DNA of 64,000 nucleotides from Cenarchaeum sp. (GCA_965212015.1 OZ243037.1:288001-352000); one strand, 5' to 3'. Numbered from the stretch's first letter, positions 1 through 11,158 are shown. A program made the numbers and translations. The notes: generated by a model not told the origin, from the sequence alone.

Positions 1-5
1 AAGAA

Positions 6-386
6 ATGGATATTTTTTTTAATATTCTTGAAGAACAATTAGAAAACCCTCAAATGAAAATTAATATAATTATAAATGACGACGGAAAAAATAAAACTGT
101 GACTCCATATGCTAGAAAAAACCTTGAAAAACTTCGTAATTCTTTTTCGAATCAGTTTTTTCTTCAATATTTCGAACAAAAAAATAGCAAACATCATAAC
201 AAGATCTTACATGCAAAAATTACTGTTATTGATGGCAAGATTGCTTTAATCGGCTCAGCAAATATTTCTAAAAGTGCATTAGAATCAAATTATGAAATAA
301 TGATGAAGATCTCTGGACAAGCTGCAGTGGATATCTCTAAAATGATATCCCATTTATCATCACAAATGAGGTTAAATAAAACATGA
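6..386 (+). CDS. Phospholipase D-family (HKD) nuclease, probably 5'-truncated by the window edge; DrmC-like
   Basis: HAKITVIDGK...GSAN...NYE = HxK(x4)D(x6)GSxN motif; AT-rich. Confidence 0.8.
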   Translation: MDIFFNILEEQLENPQMKINIIINDDGKNKTVTPYARKNLEKLRNSFSNQFFLQYFEQKNSKHHNKILHAKITVIDGKIALIGSANISKSALESNYEIMMKISGQAAVDISKMISHLSSQMRLNKT

Positions 387-1846
387 CGGATATACAATCT
401 GAAAAAGCTAAATATAAACAAGAAAATAACTTTGCTAGAAAGATGTTAGAAGTATTAATACCACAATATAATAAATCTCTTCAAATAGACATGATACAGG
501 AATGTGGTGCAATAATGAAGAATATTAGGAGATTTTCATCTAAAACATCATCAAAGGATTTTACAACTCTGGTCAATTCATGGACTATCAAAGGTGCAAA
601 TGGCGAACCAGCATATTTCACTATGGATTTTACATTACCAATAATACAATATATTCCATCTGCATTCAAACCGATTCATTTTAAATTTAACTTTACAATC
701 TACAATCAAGTAGAATATGTTCCATGTTATATGATGAATCTAAATCATGTAACATTGGTTAAAATCACACAAAATTTTAATTCCGATATATATAATAATC
801 TAGATAAAAGCATATTTGCTAAATACGTATATGAGGGTGGAAGATCAATGAATTTTTCTTCATCAAATATTCTTCTTTTAGGTGCAACAAAAGAACACGT
901 TCAAGCTTCAAAACATGATATCATTGAAAAATGTTTTGAGTATTGTTATTGGCATTTACCAACACCAAAAAATATGAATGATGTTTCCTGTCTACATAAT
1001 TTAATTTATCATAAAAGTAAATATATTGTTAATGGTGGTGTGCTTCAATTAAGGAAAACAATATTAAAAATAATTAAAATTAATGGCAAATCAATGTTAA
1101 AAATTTTACCATCAGGATCGAGTATAAAATGTAAATCAGTTTTTGTTTCGATATTAGTAGATGATGGCAAAAAAATTTTCTCAGAAAAACGCCATATGTT
1201 TATTACAGAAAATATAATAAATTCACTTAAAAATAATGATATTATACATGCAATAATAATTACCCAAAATATCTGTCATCCAAAATTTTCTTTAATAATT
1301 GGAAAAATTGGAAATATAATAGATCTAAGTAATTTAAAACCGTTTCTCAGTATAATTTTTTGGAAACATTTACAAGATATAACAGAAAATTCCAGCATTA
1401 CAAAAGTTGGACATTTAAAAAATATCACAGAATATACGTCTAAAATATTACAAGATAATTCGAATGAAGATGATCTTTTTTATCCACTATTTATTTGGAA
1501 TACAAAACTTTCAAAGAATATAGAAAAATCAATCTTGGAATTATTTCCATTATATATATTCGATGATGATATAATTCATCAGTTATCGCCGACGATGTTA
1601 TCATTTCTTCTAACAATCTCACCAGAAATCGTATCTGATAAGAAATTTATTAACACAATAATACATTTACTTGATCATTTGAATATTAATTCTAATAATT
1701 GGGGAAAGAATTCTACTTCGATATTAGATTCTAAAAACAACGTTGTAACTCCATCACTTAATACTATTCTCAGTAATTTACCAAAAATTGTAAATAGAAT
1801 GACTTATTCAAGAATATTTTCTAAGCATTACACTTGTTGGAATTAA
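383..1846 (+). CDS. Hypothetical protein (very AT-rich), translationally coupled to the PLD gene
   Basis: 487-aa ORF with ATGA overlap; no recognisable motif. Confidence 0.7.
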   Translation: MTDIQSEKAKYKQENNFARKMLEVLIPQYNKSLQIDMIQECGAIMKNIRRFSSKTSSKDFTTLVNSWTIKGANGEPAYFTMDFTLPIIQYIPSAFKPIHFKFNFTIYNQVEYVPCYMMNLNHVTLVKITQNFNSDIYNNLDKSIFAKYVYEGGRSMNFSSSNILLLGATKEHVQASKHDIIEKCFEYCYWHLPTPKNMNDVSCLHNLIYHKSKYIVNGGVLQLRKTILKIIKINGKSMLKILPSGSSIKCKSVFVSILVDDGKKIFSEKRHMFITENIINSLKNNDIIHAIIITQNICHPKFSLIIGKIGNIIDLSNLKPFLSIIFWKHLQDITENSSITKVGHLKNITEYTSKILQDNSNEDDLFYPLFIWNTKLSKNIEKSILELFPLYIFDDDIIHQLSPTMLSFLLTISPEIVSDKKFINTIIHLLDHLNINSNNWGKNSTSILDSKNNVVTPSLNTILSNLPKIVNRMTYSRIFSKHYTCWN

Positions 1847-2130
1847 ACTATAATCATTAGATCTTATATTCATCAAATAAAAAATTCTAATTGAAAAATA
1901 ATTATCAAAGACCAAAATAAGCATCAAATCATGAATTTATTCACTTATGATGTATCTAGTAATTTTTGTGATATTTTTTGATTCTAACATCATTAGCTAT
2001 ATTTGCGATCTAAAACCAAAAAGATTTTACTACTATAGCTGCAAGACTTGTCTGTATTTTATATGTGGTTATAATATCATAACCTAGATCAACTAAAACA
2101 TTTTAACCCATATCTCTTTTTGTATAATCA

Positions 2131-3108
2131 ATGAAAAAGCTAACCTGCGTCATGATGGACGACTATATCTCGCGAACCAATTCTGTTCTCCAGCCTACAA
2201 GGCGGCCAAAATACTCGGTTCTGGATCTGTTTGCCGGGTGCGGCGGGCTCTCGCTGGGGTTCGAATCGGCGGGCTTTAAAAGCACGGGAATGGAGTACGA
2301 TGCGACGTGTTGCGAGACGTACAATGCCAACCTACAGGGAGAATGCATTCCGAAACTCATCACGTCTAGAACCGATTTTCCGGAGGCTGATGTGATAATA
2401 GGCGGGCCGCCGTGCCAGCCGTTTAGCGTGTTTGGCAACCAGCAGGGAAGAATGGATTCGAGAAACGGATTCCCTCTGTTTATCAGTGCGGTAAAAAAGA
2501 CAAAGCCCAGAATATGGATGTTTGAGAATGTAAGGGGGATGCTGTACCGAAACAAGGATTATTTTGAGGCCACGGTAGGAAAGCTAAAGGCACTGGGATA
2601 TCGCGTGGAATACCGGCTTTTAAACGCGGTAAACTATGGGGTTCCACAGAATAGGGTGAGGGTAATTGCCATAGGCCACCACAAAAGCTTTGAATTCCCA
2701 AAGGAACACGGCAAAGCCGTGACCTCCGGCGAGGCACTAAAAGACACATATCGCAAATGCTGGCGCGACTCAAAGTTTTTGACGCCCAGCATGGACAAAT
2801 ACATTGCGTCATATGAGAAAAAATCCCATCTCATCAATCCGCGCGACATGCATCTGGACAGGCCAGCAAGAACCATAACGTGCAGGAACCTTGCGGGGGC
2901 GACATCCGATATGCAGCGAATCAAGCTATCCGACGGCCGGAGAAGACGGCTTACCGTGCGGGAAGGGGCCAGACTGCAAAGCTTTCCGGACTGGTTTGAG
3001 TTTCTGGGGGCAGAGACTGAGCAATTCAACCAGATTGGCAACGCAGTTCCGCCTCTGTTTGCGCGCGCACTGGCCACACAGATAAAAAAACACCTGGATG
3101 CGTATTGA
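2131..3108 (+). CDS. dcm: DNA (cytosine-5) methyltransferase
   Basis: DLFAGCGG, GGPPCQPFS, ENV, PQNRxR, RLQSFPD, QIGNAVPP motifs. Confidence 0.95.
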   Translation: MKKLTCVMMDDYISRTNSVLQPTRRPKYSVLDLFAGCGGLSLGFESAGFKSTGMEYDATCCETYNANLQGECIPKLITSRTDFPEADVIIGGPPCQPFSVFGNQQGRMDSRNGFPLFISAVKKTKPRIWMFENVRGMLYRNKDYFEATVGKLKALGYRVEYRLLNAVNYGVPQNRVRVIAIGHHKSFEFPKEHGKAVTSGEALKDTYRKCWRDSKFLTPSMDKYIASYEKKSHLINPRDMHLDRPARTITCRNLAGATSDMQRIKLSDGRRRRLTVREGARLQSFPDWFEFLGAETEQFNQIGNAVPPLFARALATQIKKHLDAY

Positions 3109-3166
3109 CTTGGCAAGCACAAAGATAGATGAGGTGCCAATTATTGCCCAAACAGGTGCGCCACAG

Positions 3167-4297
3167 TCACTTCCCAAGCAGCCCCCTCATCCTTCCCTCT
3201 ACTATTACCTGTGCGGTCTTTAGCGAGGACTTTATCCCGAGCAGCTTGATAATTGCGCCGGCGTGAAAGTCAAAATCACCGCCCTGCGAGACCTCGCCGG
3301 CAATCTTTGGGGTGACAGAGTCAAAAAGCCTGTCGATGGAGCCGTTGTCTAGCGTCTCGAGGATTTTTCTGGCGACTAGCTGCCTTTGGAACTCGCCTTT
3401 GAATTTCTTGCTCCATTCTGCCTGATAGCCTGACAGTTCCCTTCGCTCCCCGGTGTCCAGGTATCTTGATATCGAACGCGCCGCAAGAATTCCGCCCATG
3501 CCGCACGAAAATATTCCGCCGGCAGTAGTGGGCTTTGTCTGTCCTGCGGCATCCCCGATGCTCACCGTGTTGTGCCTGACAAACCTACGTATGGATCCCT
3601 TGATCCATATGGGCGCAAAGATTTTCCTGACTATCGTGGATTTTTTTCGGGCCGCAAGAAAATCCCTTATGGTTTGGGCCGGGATTATGGCCCTTCCCGC
3701 AACTCCGACCTTGCCTGTCCCCTGTGCCGATGGAATTATCCACGCAAAAAACCCGGGATACCTTTGGTTGTCAAAAAACACCTCTACCCGGCCCTTTTGA
3801 ATCCAGTCTGCGTGAACCTCGTACTGAGCAGACGTCATGACCCCTGAGCGGTCACTTTGTATCAGCGAGGATATTCCGCGCGCATCCACTATTATCCTAC
3901 ATTTGATGTCTTTGCCGCCCACCCTGGCGCCATTATCAGTCTCGCCCTGAAAGCTGGTACCCACGCTTATCTCTGCCCCGTTTTTTTGCGCCTGGTATGC
4001 CACCTGCTTGTCCATCTCGCGCCTGCTGATCCCGACTACCTCCTGCCTTGAGGCGTCAAGCTCAAAGCTCTTTCCGGAGGGCGAGAAGATCTGTGCAGTA
4101 TCAATCCTGCACATGTGGCCGGAATACGGTATTTTCAGCTCTCTCAGGGCGGCAGTGCCAATCAGTCCGCCGCAGTGCTCCGGCGTGCCAATCTCGTAAT
4201 CCTCCTCCACTACCAGGACTGTGTGGCCGCCTGCCGCTATCTCCCTTGCGCACAAGAGCCCCGCAATGCTGCCGCCTGCGACTATCACGTCATACAT
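3167..4297 (-). CDS. Geranylgeranyl reductase-family FAD oxidoreductase
   Basis: N-terminal dinucleotide-binding motif, PEHCGG, FAWIIP, GDAAGQTKPTTAGGI. Confidence 0.85.
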   Translation of the reverse strand: MYDVIVAGGSIAGLLCAREIAAGGHTVLVVEEDYEIGTPEHCGGLIGTAALRELKIPYSGHMCRIDTAQIFSPSGKSFELDASRQEVVGISRREMDKQVAYQAQKNGAEISVGTSFQGETDNGARVGGKDIKCRIIVDARGISSLIQSDRSGVMTSAQYEVHADWIQKGRVEVFFDNQRYPGFFAWIIPSAQGTGKVGVAGRAIIPAQTIRDFLAARKKSTIVRKIFAPIWIKGSIRRFVRHNTVSIGDAAGQTKPTTAGGIFSCGMGGILAARSISRYLDTGERRELSGYQAEWSKKFKGEFQRQLVARKILETLDNGSIDRLFDSVTPKIAGEVSQGGDFDFHAGAIIKLLGIKSSLKTAQVIVEGRMRGLLGK

Positions 4298-4431
4298 GAA
4301 ATGGTGTTCTGTGTGCGATTATTTAGGTTTCAACACAACCCTGATTCTGGCCCCGTCGTGCCAAAAGTGCGCAAACACGGTGAAATTATTTGATTCAAAG
4401 GTTTTTCATGTACCGGTACGGTGGATTAACC

Positions 4432-4785
4432 ATGGGAGACATAAAGCAGGTGGTTGCAGTCCGGACTGATCTGGGCATGGGCAAGGGAAAGATTGCCGCG
4501 CAGGTGGGACATGCCTGCGTGCTTGGGGCAGAGCATGTCCGCAAGTCCAATCCGGAATGGTTTGAGCAGTGGTGGCTAGGCCAGGAAAAGGTCATAGTCC
4601 GTGTGGACAGCCTCAAGGAACTCGAAGGGGTGATAAGGGCGGCAGTCGATCTTGGCATTCCGTGGTCCAAGGTGACTGACGCCGGACACACCCAGATCGC
4701 CCCGGGTACTGTCACGTGCGTCTCGCTGGGCCCCGCACCAGAGGAGTCAATTGACAGGATTACGGGGGATTACAAGCTTCTCTGA
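4432..4785 (+). CDS. pth2: Peptidyl-tRNA hydrolase, archaeal Pth2 type
   Basis: KQVVAVRTDLGMGKGKIAAQVGHA, DAGHTQ, GPAP...ITG. Confidence 0.95.
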   Translation: MGDIKQVVAVRTDLGMGKGKIAAQVGHACVLGAEHVRKSNPEWFEQWWLGQEKVIVRVDSLKELEGVIRAAVDLGIPWSKVTDAGHTQIAPGTVTCVSLGPAPEESIDRITGDYKLL

Positions 4786-4829
4786 GGCTTGGCAACAAGA
4801 TATAACAAGGTAATCCTGACACCTCATCT

Positions 4830-6404
4830 GTGAAAAAACAGACCAAGGGATTGTTCTTTGTGATACTTTTTGGCGGCGGCCTGCTGTTCTGGGCCACCGC
4901 TGCCAGCGTTCCGGGAATCACGCCCGGCAACCCGAATGCCACAGTCACCATAACCGGGACTCCGGCAGATAATTTTCCAGACGTGGAAAGATCCATGTTC
5001 TGCCAGACAGGGGATGCAAAATCCAACTCTTACGTGACGGAATACAAAATCCCCGCAGAGTGCACGCAGCCGCTGGCAATTACGACGGATCCGCGCGGGG
5101 ATGTCTGGTTTGCCCAGACCAACACGGGAACGGTCACAAAGTTCGACCCCGACACGGAGGCCTTTGTGTCGTATGAAAACCCCCTGTGGCCCGACATGGG
5201 GCACTCTATGATGTGGGGAATGGACTATTCCCCGGATGATTCCATATGGTTTACCGACGACACGTACGACTCTGTCTGGAAGTTCTCGATTCCAGAGGAG
5301 GAATACCAGAGGATATCCTATCCGTCCTCCGGCAATTCGTTGCCGCAAAAGCTCAAAGTCGAGGGCTCACAGATTGTCGTAAACGACTTTGTCGGCAGCA
5401 AGCTCACATTTTTGGATCCGGCCCGTGTCGGCGACGATATTGTATATCTCAACGTGCCGTCGCCGGCAAACGGATCATTTACCAGCGATTTTACCGTCGA
5501 TGATGCGGACAATATATGGTATACGAACTGGGTGTTCGGGCAGGGCGGCATACTGATAAAGTTTGATCAGGCCGAATACACCGTGATATCCTCGCGCACG
5601 GAGAATTTCCTGCCGCTGTTTGACTTTGTCGAGGTATTTGAGCTTCCCACAGACGTGTCTGTTCCAAACGGGATTGTCATAGGGCCAGAAGGCAGGGTGT
5701 GGCTGCTGGACACCGCCAGCAGCTTCTTTTTTAGCTTTGATGAGGCGACTGGCGAGTTTACACAGTATGTCACATCAGATCCCCCCGAATCGTCCTACGG
5801 GAACGCCACTGGCGTAATACAGATGCCGGTATCGCGCCCATACTGGTCTGAAATCGACGACTATGGAAGGATTGTCTTCAACGAGCAGACTGCAAACAGC
5901 ATTGGGGTATTTGATCCAATCAGGCAGACACTTGTCGAGTATCTGGTTCCCTCAAAGAATCCGAACTGGTCGGACTGCGAGGGAATCGACGACTGCGGCC
6001 TGGCGCAGATATTTGGAATCGCGCCAGACGGCGACAAGGTGTGGTTTACGCAGTGGGTGGAGAACAATATCGGAGTAATAGACACGTCCGTCGTCCTGCC
6101 ATATTCCGTGGAAGCAGACAGGGTGGCCGCACTCGGGGCGGGCCAGACAGCAGAGCTGATGATGACTGTCACCTCTTTGGATGCGACACAGGAGGGTGCG
6201 CATTTTGTAGTCTATAACACGGCAACGCCGGATCTTACGGTGTCATCCAGCCCCGTCCAGCTGGGGGCAGGCCCCGTACAGGATGTGACAATAACGATTG
6301 CCGTCTCCGAGTCCGCACCTGCCGCAAGCCACAAGGTGCTGCTAGGCGTGCGAACAGCCGACGTCACAGTATCGCAGTATGTGACAGTTGTAATCTCGGA
6401 ATGA
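4830..6404 (+). CDS. Secreted Vgb-lyase-like beta-propeller protein
   Basis: Signal/TM N-terminus; repeated P-x-G/D-x-VWF blades. Confidence 0.75.
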   Translation: MKKQTKGLFFVILFGGGLLFWATAASVPGITPGNPNATVTITGTPADNFPDVERSMFCQTGDAKSNSYVTEYKIPAECTQPLAITTDPRGDVWFAQTNTGTVTKFDPDTEAFVSYENPLWPDMGHSMMWGMDYSPDDSIWFTDDTYDSVWKFSIPEEEYQRISYPSSGNSLPQKLKVEGSQIVVNDFVGSKLTFLDPARVGDDIVYLNVPSPANGSFTSDFTVDDADNIWYTNWVFGQGGILIKFDQAEYTVISSRTENFLPLFDFVEVFELPTDVSVPNGIVIGPEGRVWLLDTASSFFFSFDEATGEFTQYVTSDPPESSYGNATGVIQMPVSRPYWSEIDDYGRIVFNEQTANSIGVFDPIRQTLVEYLVPSKNPNWSDCEGIDDCGLAQIFGIAPDGDKVWFTQWVENNIGVIDTSVVLPYSVEADRVAALGAGQTAELMMTVTSLDATQEGAHFVVYNTATPDLTVSSSPVQLGAGPVQDVTITIAVSESAPAASHKVLLGVRTADVTVSQYVTVVISE

Positions 6405-6625
6405 CTAGGCCAAAACCGGTCATAACGTGATCGCAGGAACAATGCCTGCCGTGAGAATCCCGTGATCGGCCATACGATCCCGGAGCTAGTCGCACCTGCG
6501 CGGGGCCAATGCCGCATTATTTTGCGCGCGCAAACACCGAAACGCCATTCCATGACTGTGCGGCCGTTCCGGCGTAACGATCTGGAATAATTCTTTAATA
6601 ATTTGCAACCCGAACCTGTGCTGTT

Positions 6626-7714
6626 TTGAATCCCAGACTAGTTGTGCCGGCTGTGGGTGCGGCGGTGTTTTTTACAGTAATGATTGCGCTGTACGGGGCA
6701 GACGATGCCGCAGACGTGCATACGGACGCGACGGATCCCAGAATCACCATTACTGACGGCGTAAGGCACATTATACCGCTAGACAAGATTCGCAGCGGGG
6801 GGCCTGCCAGGGACGCCATACCGTCGATAGACGCACCTGTCTTTACGGCGGCAGACGACGCAGGCCATGTGGATGACTCGGACATTGTATTGGGTCTCGA
6901 GATAAACGGGGATGCAAGGGCGTACCCGCTGTCAATACTTGTGTGGCACGAGATAGTAAACGACGTGGTGGGTGCTACTCCGGTAGCCGTCACGTACTGC
7001 CCCCTGTGCTATACGAGCCAGGTCTTTGAGCGCGTGCTAGACGGAACTATGGTGGAGTTTGGAACATCTGGCAAGCTGTACAACAGCAACCTGGTAATGT
7101 ACGACAGGACGACTGAATCTTACTGGAGCCAGGCGCTGGGGCAGGCCATAGCCGGCGAGCTTGCAGGCCAGTGCCTGAAAATCATCGCCTTTGATGTGAT
7201 AATGTGGGGCGACTGGAAGGCACTCCACCCGGATTCCCTGGTGCTTGGCACTGACACCGGTAATGCCAGACCGTACGGGACGGATCCCTACGGGGACTAT
7301 TATACAAGCGAGGGCGTATGGTTTCCGGTAGAGAATTTAGACGGGCGCATGCACCCAAAGGAGATCATTTTGGGCCTTGATATGGGGGACACCTACAAGG
7401 CGTACAAGCAGGCCGACTTGGATGGTGCGGGGCTGATCAATGACCGTGTGGGTAATATCCCGATTCTGCTGGTGTCGATGTTTGAGGGAAACGCGCGCGC
7501 CTTTGACAGGAATCTGAACGGCGAGGTCTTGGACTTTGAATTTACAGGCGAAAGGATACTTGACTTGCAGACCCGCTCAGAATGGGATTATTCGGGGACG
7601 GCAGTCCTCGGGCCGCACAAGGGCGAGTCGCTGCAGCGGCTGGCGGCAAGCCCGGGATTCTGGTTTGAATGGGCGTCGTTTCATCCGGACACCCTGGTGT
7701 ACGAGCAGACATGA
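6626..7714 (+). CDS. DUF3179-family membrane-anchored protein
   Basis: GGPARDAIPSID, HEIVND, TYCPLC, SGKLYNSNLVMYD, FWFEW. Confidence 0.85.
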   Translation: MNPRLVVPAVGAAVFFTVMIALYGADDAADVHTDATDPRITITDGVRHIIPLDKIRSGGPARDAIPSIDAPVFTAADDAGHVDDSDIVLGLEINGDARAYPLSILVWHEIVNDVVGATPVAVTYCPLCYTSQVFERVLDGTMVEFGTSGKLYNSNLVMYDRTTESYWSQALGQAIAGELAGQCLKIIAFDVIMWGDWKALHPDSLVLGTDTGNARPYGTDPYGDYYTSEGVWFPVENLDGRMHPKEIILGLDMGDTYKAYKQADLDGAGLINDRVGNIPILLVSMFEGNARAFDRNLNGEVLDFEFTGERILDLQTRSEWDYSGTAVLGPHKGESLQRLAASPGFWFEWASFHPDTLVYEQT

Positions 7715-8190
7715 GGCGAATTATAAAGTCCGCAATGGCAGGCTCGGCTGCCATACTGGCATACCTCACAGTGGTGGTCCTCACCACCCCGGCACTAGAG
7801 CCGCCTGCGGCAATCACGGCTGCCCTTGCGCTAAACTCTGTCGTGATTTTTGGCATGGGGGCAGGAGTCGGGGTGCAGGTATACCTCTCCGGGAAGGCCA
7901 GGCGGCTCGGGTGCTCTGTTGCCTCCAGGCGCGGGGCACTCGGGGGAAATTCCGGCGGCGTTGCGGCCACCTCGTTTTTCTCGTTTTTTTCACTGGTGCC
8001 GCTTGGATGCTGCGGATGGTGGCTCTATGTGCTCTCGCTGCTGCCAAGCGTGCTTGGAGTTGGGGCGTCTGCAGTACTAATCCAATACAGCCAGCCGCTT
8101 GCATATGCGGGACTGGCAGTAATATTTGGCCTTAACGGGATTTCCGCATACAGGCTGTACGCAAACAAGACAGGCCCGGTGCACGCATAG
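7711..8190 (+). CDS. Membrane protein with GCC motif
   Basis: About four hydrophobic segments; ATGA-coupled to the DUF3179 gene. Confidence 0.7.
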   Translation: MRRIIKSAMAGSAAILAYLTVVVLTTPALEPPAAITAALALNSVVIFGMGAGVGVQVYLSGKARRLGCSVASRRGALGGNSGGVAATSFFSFFSLVPLGCCGWWLYVLSLLPSVLGVGASAVLIQYSQPLAYAGLAVIFGLNGISAYRLYANKTGPVHA

Positions 8191-8227
8191 CGTGTAGGGT
8201 TTTATTATCATCCGGCATCTCCACTGC

Positions 8228-9412
8228 ATGATTCCCGAAATTGACGGACTAGTCGGCATGTCCGTGTACAGCACGCCCTTTGAGGGGATTGGTGGATCAA
8301 TCAAGAACACTCCGGAGGACTTTGCCGTCACCGAGGTCATAAACAAAAGGGCGCTTGAGCGGATCGGCCCGGAGCGCGGCTATGCCGTATATGTGCTCAA
8401 AAAAAACGGAATCGACACAAACCACGCCATACGGCAGATAGGGCGCAGGACGGGACTGCACCTAAAGCCGCTTGGCCTAAAGGATGCCATGGCCGTAACC
8501 GAACAGTACGTGTGCGCCACAGGCAGGGGCAGGAGCGTGGCCGAGTTTTCGGCAGACCGCTTTTCAATTAGGAGGCTCGGCTTTGTCCCAAGGCCGCTCT
8601 CAAAAAAGGACATGACGGCAAACCGGTTCTCAATCCGCGTCTCTGGCGCCCGGTCCCCTGTATCGGGCTTTGGGGAGTTTGGGCGCATTTTGAACTTTTT
8701 TGGATACCAGCGGTTCGGCTCGCACAGGCCGGTGTCCCACCTGATAGGAAGGGCGCTAGTCAGACAGGACTTTGAATCCGCAGTGGACTTGCTGCTGTGC
8801 TTTACGTCAAAGTACGACACAGACGCGCACAATGCGGCAAGAAAAGGGCTCGCAGAAAACAGCCATGCCGAATCCCTAAAGGTGATCCCGCCGGGAATGG
8901 ATCTAGAGCGGATCGTTCTGTCTGAGATGGCCCGGCACGGCGATTCCAGGCGCGCCTTTTGCGCGCTGCCCGTGGCGATGCGCCGGTTTTTTGTCCAGGC
9001 ATACCAGTCGTTTTTGTTCAATCTCACGCTTTGCGCCATGTGGGGTAAGGAGGACGTCTCTGCGCGCAAAGGCGACGTCTGCTATGCAGACGGGGTGCTG
9101 GGAAAATACTCTGGCAGTATGGGGCAGAGGCTGGCAGTGCCGCTTGTCGGATACTCTTACTACAAAAAGACAAGGTTCCACAGGTACATATCGGATATAA
9201 TGGAGTCCCAGCAGGTCAGGCCGGCGGATTTTTTCATAAAAGAGATGCAGGAGGCAAGCTCGGAGGGCGGATTTCGCGACGCCCTCATACGCTGCGGCGA
9301 CGTTGTGGCAGGCAAGAACACCATCGAGTTTACGCTCTCTCGCGGATCGTTTGCCACCGTGATAATGCGGGAGATAATAAAGCCACGGGAGCCCACATTG
9401 TGCGGGTTTTAG
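8228..9412 (+). CDS. truD: tRNA pseudouridine(13) synthase
   Basis: PEDFAVTE, GLKD, NFFGYQRFG, AYQSFLFN, FTLSRGSFAT. Confidence 0.93.
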   Translation: MIPEIDGLVGMSVYSTPFEGIGGSIKNTPEDFAVTEVINKRALERIGPERGYAVYVLKKNGIDTNHAIRQIGRRTGLHLKPLGLKDAMAVTEQYVCATGRGRSVAEFSADRFSIRRLGFVPRPLSKKDMTANRFSIRVSGARSPVSGFGEFGRILNFFGYQRFGSHRPVSHLIGRALVRQDFESAVDLLLCFTSKYDTDAHNAARKGLAENSHAESLKVIPPGMDLERIVLSEMARHGDSRRAFCALPVAMRRFFVQAYQSFLFNLTLCAMWGKEDVSARKGDVCYADGVLGKYSGSMGQRLAVPLVGYSYYKKTRFHRYISDIMESQQVRPADFFIKEMQEASSEGGFRDALIRCGDVVAGKNTIEFTLSRGSFATVIMREIIKPREPTLCGF

Positions 9413-9630
9413 CCGCCTGGCTTCGCGCGCCGCCCCCTGGTTCGGGATACAATTCCCGCCACTGCGGCCATCGCACCTGCGCAGGCAATTGCCAGCCCGT
9501 AATGCGCCCAGTCGGGGTCTGAATACATGAATGAGGATTCGGGGCCCACTGCGGCGTTTGCCTGCAGGTAAAACAGCACGCCAAGCCCCACTGCTGCCAG
9601 CCCCGCTGCCGCCAGAATCCGGCCGTTCAC
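9409..9630 (-). CDS. Small two-TM membrane protein
   Basis: Two hydrophobic helices around a GPESSFMY loop. Confidence 0.65.
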   Translation of the reverse strand: MNGRILAAAGLAAVGLGVLFYLQANAAVGPESSFMYSDPDWAHYGLAIACAGAMAAVAGIVSRTRGRRAKPGG

Positions 9631-9729
9631 GCGTCTTTGGGCGCGCCGATATATAAAAAGATAAACAGAATTGATAACTTGAACAAATGATTTTTCATCC
9701 CCTCTTTAATTCGCCTTTTTTGATGCCGT

Positions 9730-10413
9730 ATGGTGTATAACTGGAACAAACCGTACGAGGCCGGATTCAGGCATTTCAATCTGGTAATGTTTGCAGCCGC
9801 CGCCTGTCTTGCCATAACCATATTTCTCGTCTTTCACCTACAGATAGACGAGATAAACCGGGAATCCTCAATCCTGCTCAACTTGCTGTTTGTGCCGTCC
9901 ATGGCCATAGGGTTCCTGTACGGGGTGAGAATAACCTCAAAGGCCGTGGTGCCATCTGAGACTCGCAATCCGGTAAAGCGGTCCGTGATAAAGATATTTT
10001 TGTTCTTTTTTGTAATAGGGGGGCTGTTTAGCTCTGTTAGCTTTGCGCTAAACGGGGGAAGCTCAGTTCCGGTTTCGGTCATTTGGGATCTGGGGATTGT
10101 AGAGTGGGTCACGCAGTACGTGGCCGCAAACGGGGGCGGGACGTTTCTTATAGTCTCCAGCATAGCGCTCATGGCTGCTGCCACGCGCCGCCTTGTGGAC
10201 ATTGGCGGGAATCTCAACAGGCTGTTTACGTTTCTTGGAACCTTTATCTTTTTTTCAATGCTTGTGCTTAGCTTTACCCAGAACAACCCGTCAGAATCGC
10301 AGGTGTACCTGTTTACCTTTTACCAGGCAGGAATCGTCGGCGGCGCGCTCTTTGAGATGAACAAGCTAACCAGGCAGCACAACGACTGGGAGGACTTTCA
10401 AAACGGGTACTAG
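9730..10413 (+). CDS. Multi-pass membrane protein
   Basis: 227 aa with about six TM segments. Confidence 0.75.
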   Translation: MVYNWNKPYEAGFRHFNLVMFAAAACLAITIFLVFHLQIDEINRESSILLNLLFVPSMAIGFLYGVRITSKAVVPSETRNPVKRSVIKIFLFFFVIGGLFSSVSFALNGGSSVPVSVIWDLGIVEWVTQYVAANGGGTFLIVSSIALMAAATRRLVDIGGNLNRLFTFLGTFIFFSMLVLSFTQNNPSESQVYLFTFYQAGIVGGALFEMNKLTRQHNDWEDFQNGY

Positions 10414-10766
10414 AACAGTCCCTGGTATTTCTGGCACAGCGCGCTTTCCGAATCCCTGTTCTCCCTGCATTCCTCAAATATGGCCGACTCGACCCACGTC
10501 CTGTACTTGTAGCACGACGGATCATCCAAGTCCCGCTCTGCCACGCACTGCTCGTACCTCAGGTGGATTTCATAGGACTGGCAGCTAATGTCGGCAAAGT
10601 CTGTCTCCTTGCACTCCTCAAAGTGCGCCAGCTTGCTTCTCTGGATATTGTCCGCATAAAGGACGTCATCGCCTATGGTGAGGCCAAGCAGGGCGATTGC
10701 GGTGAGTGATGCGGATACTACGATCATCGAGTATCCCACCTTTCTGTAGTTGTGGGGATTGTCCAT
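10410..10766 (-). CDS. Membrane-anchored Cys-repeat hypothetical protein
   Basis: N-terminal TM then three E-x-C...C-x-x-Y repeats. Confidence 0.7.
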   Translation of the reverse strand: MDNPHNYRKVGYSMIVVSASLTAIALLGLTIGDDVLYADNIQRSKLAHFEECKETDFADISCQSYEIHLRYEQCVAERDLDDPSCYKYRTWVESAIFEECRENRDSESALCQKYQGLF

Positions 10767-11158
10767 TTAACGGGGCTTGTTACGAGTTGGATTTATTCCT
10801 TTCATGCGGTGCGGGGCGATCAGTCGGGTTGGGCATGCGGCGACTGGTACGTCAGCGGTGCCCGGCCGGGCCGCAAGACCGCAGAAAAACCCGCCATAAC
10901 TCTGATCGATCACGGCTTTTGTGTGCAAATGCAGATCCCAAAGCGGCATCCGGCGTTTGGGCCGGCAGATTCCGGCATTATGTGCCTGCATGTGCGGGCC
11001 GCCGGCAGGCCGGAGAGGCTCTGCGATCTGGCAAAAATGATTTGGGGACATGAGCGGACAGCCGGGATGTATGTATGACCAAAGGCGGGTTGATTTTGGG
11101 ATGACGGCTGACTGTTAAATGTGGCAAGGCTAATTAACCAATTTCTGGCTACAAAAGC

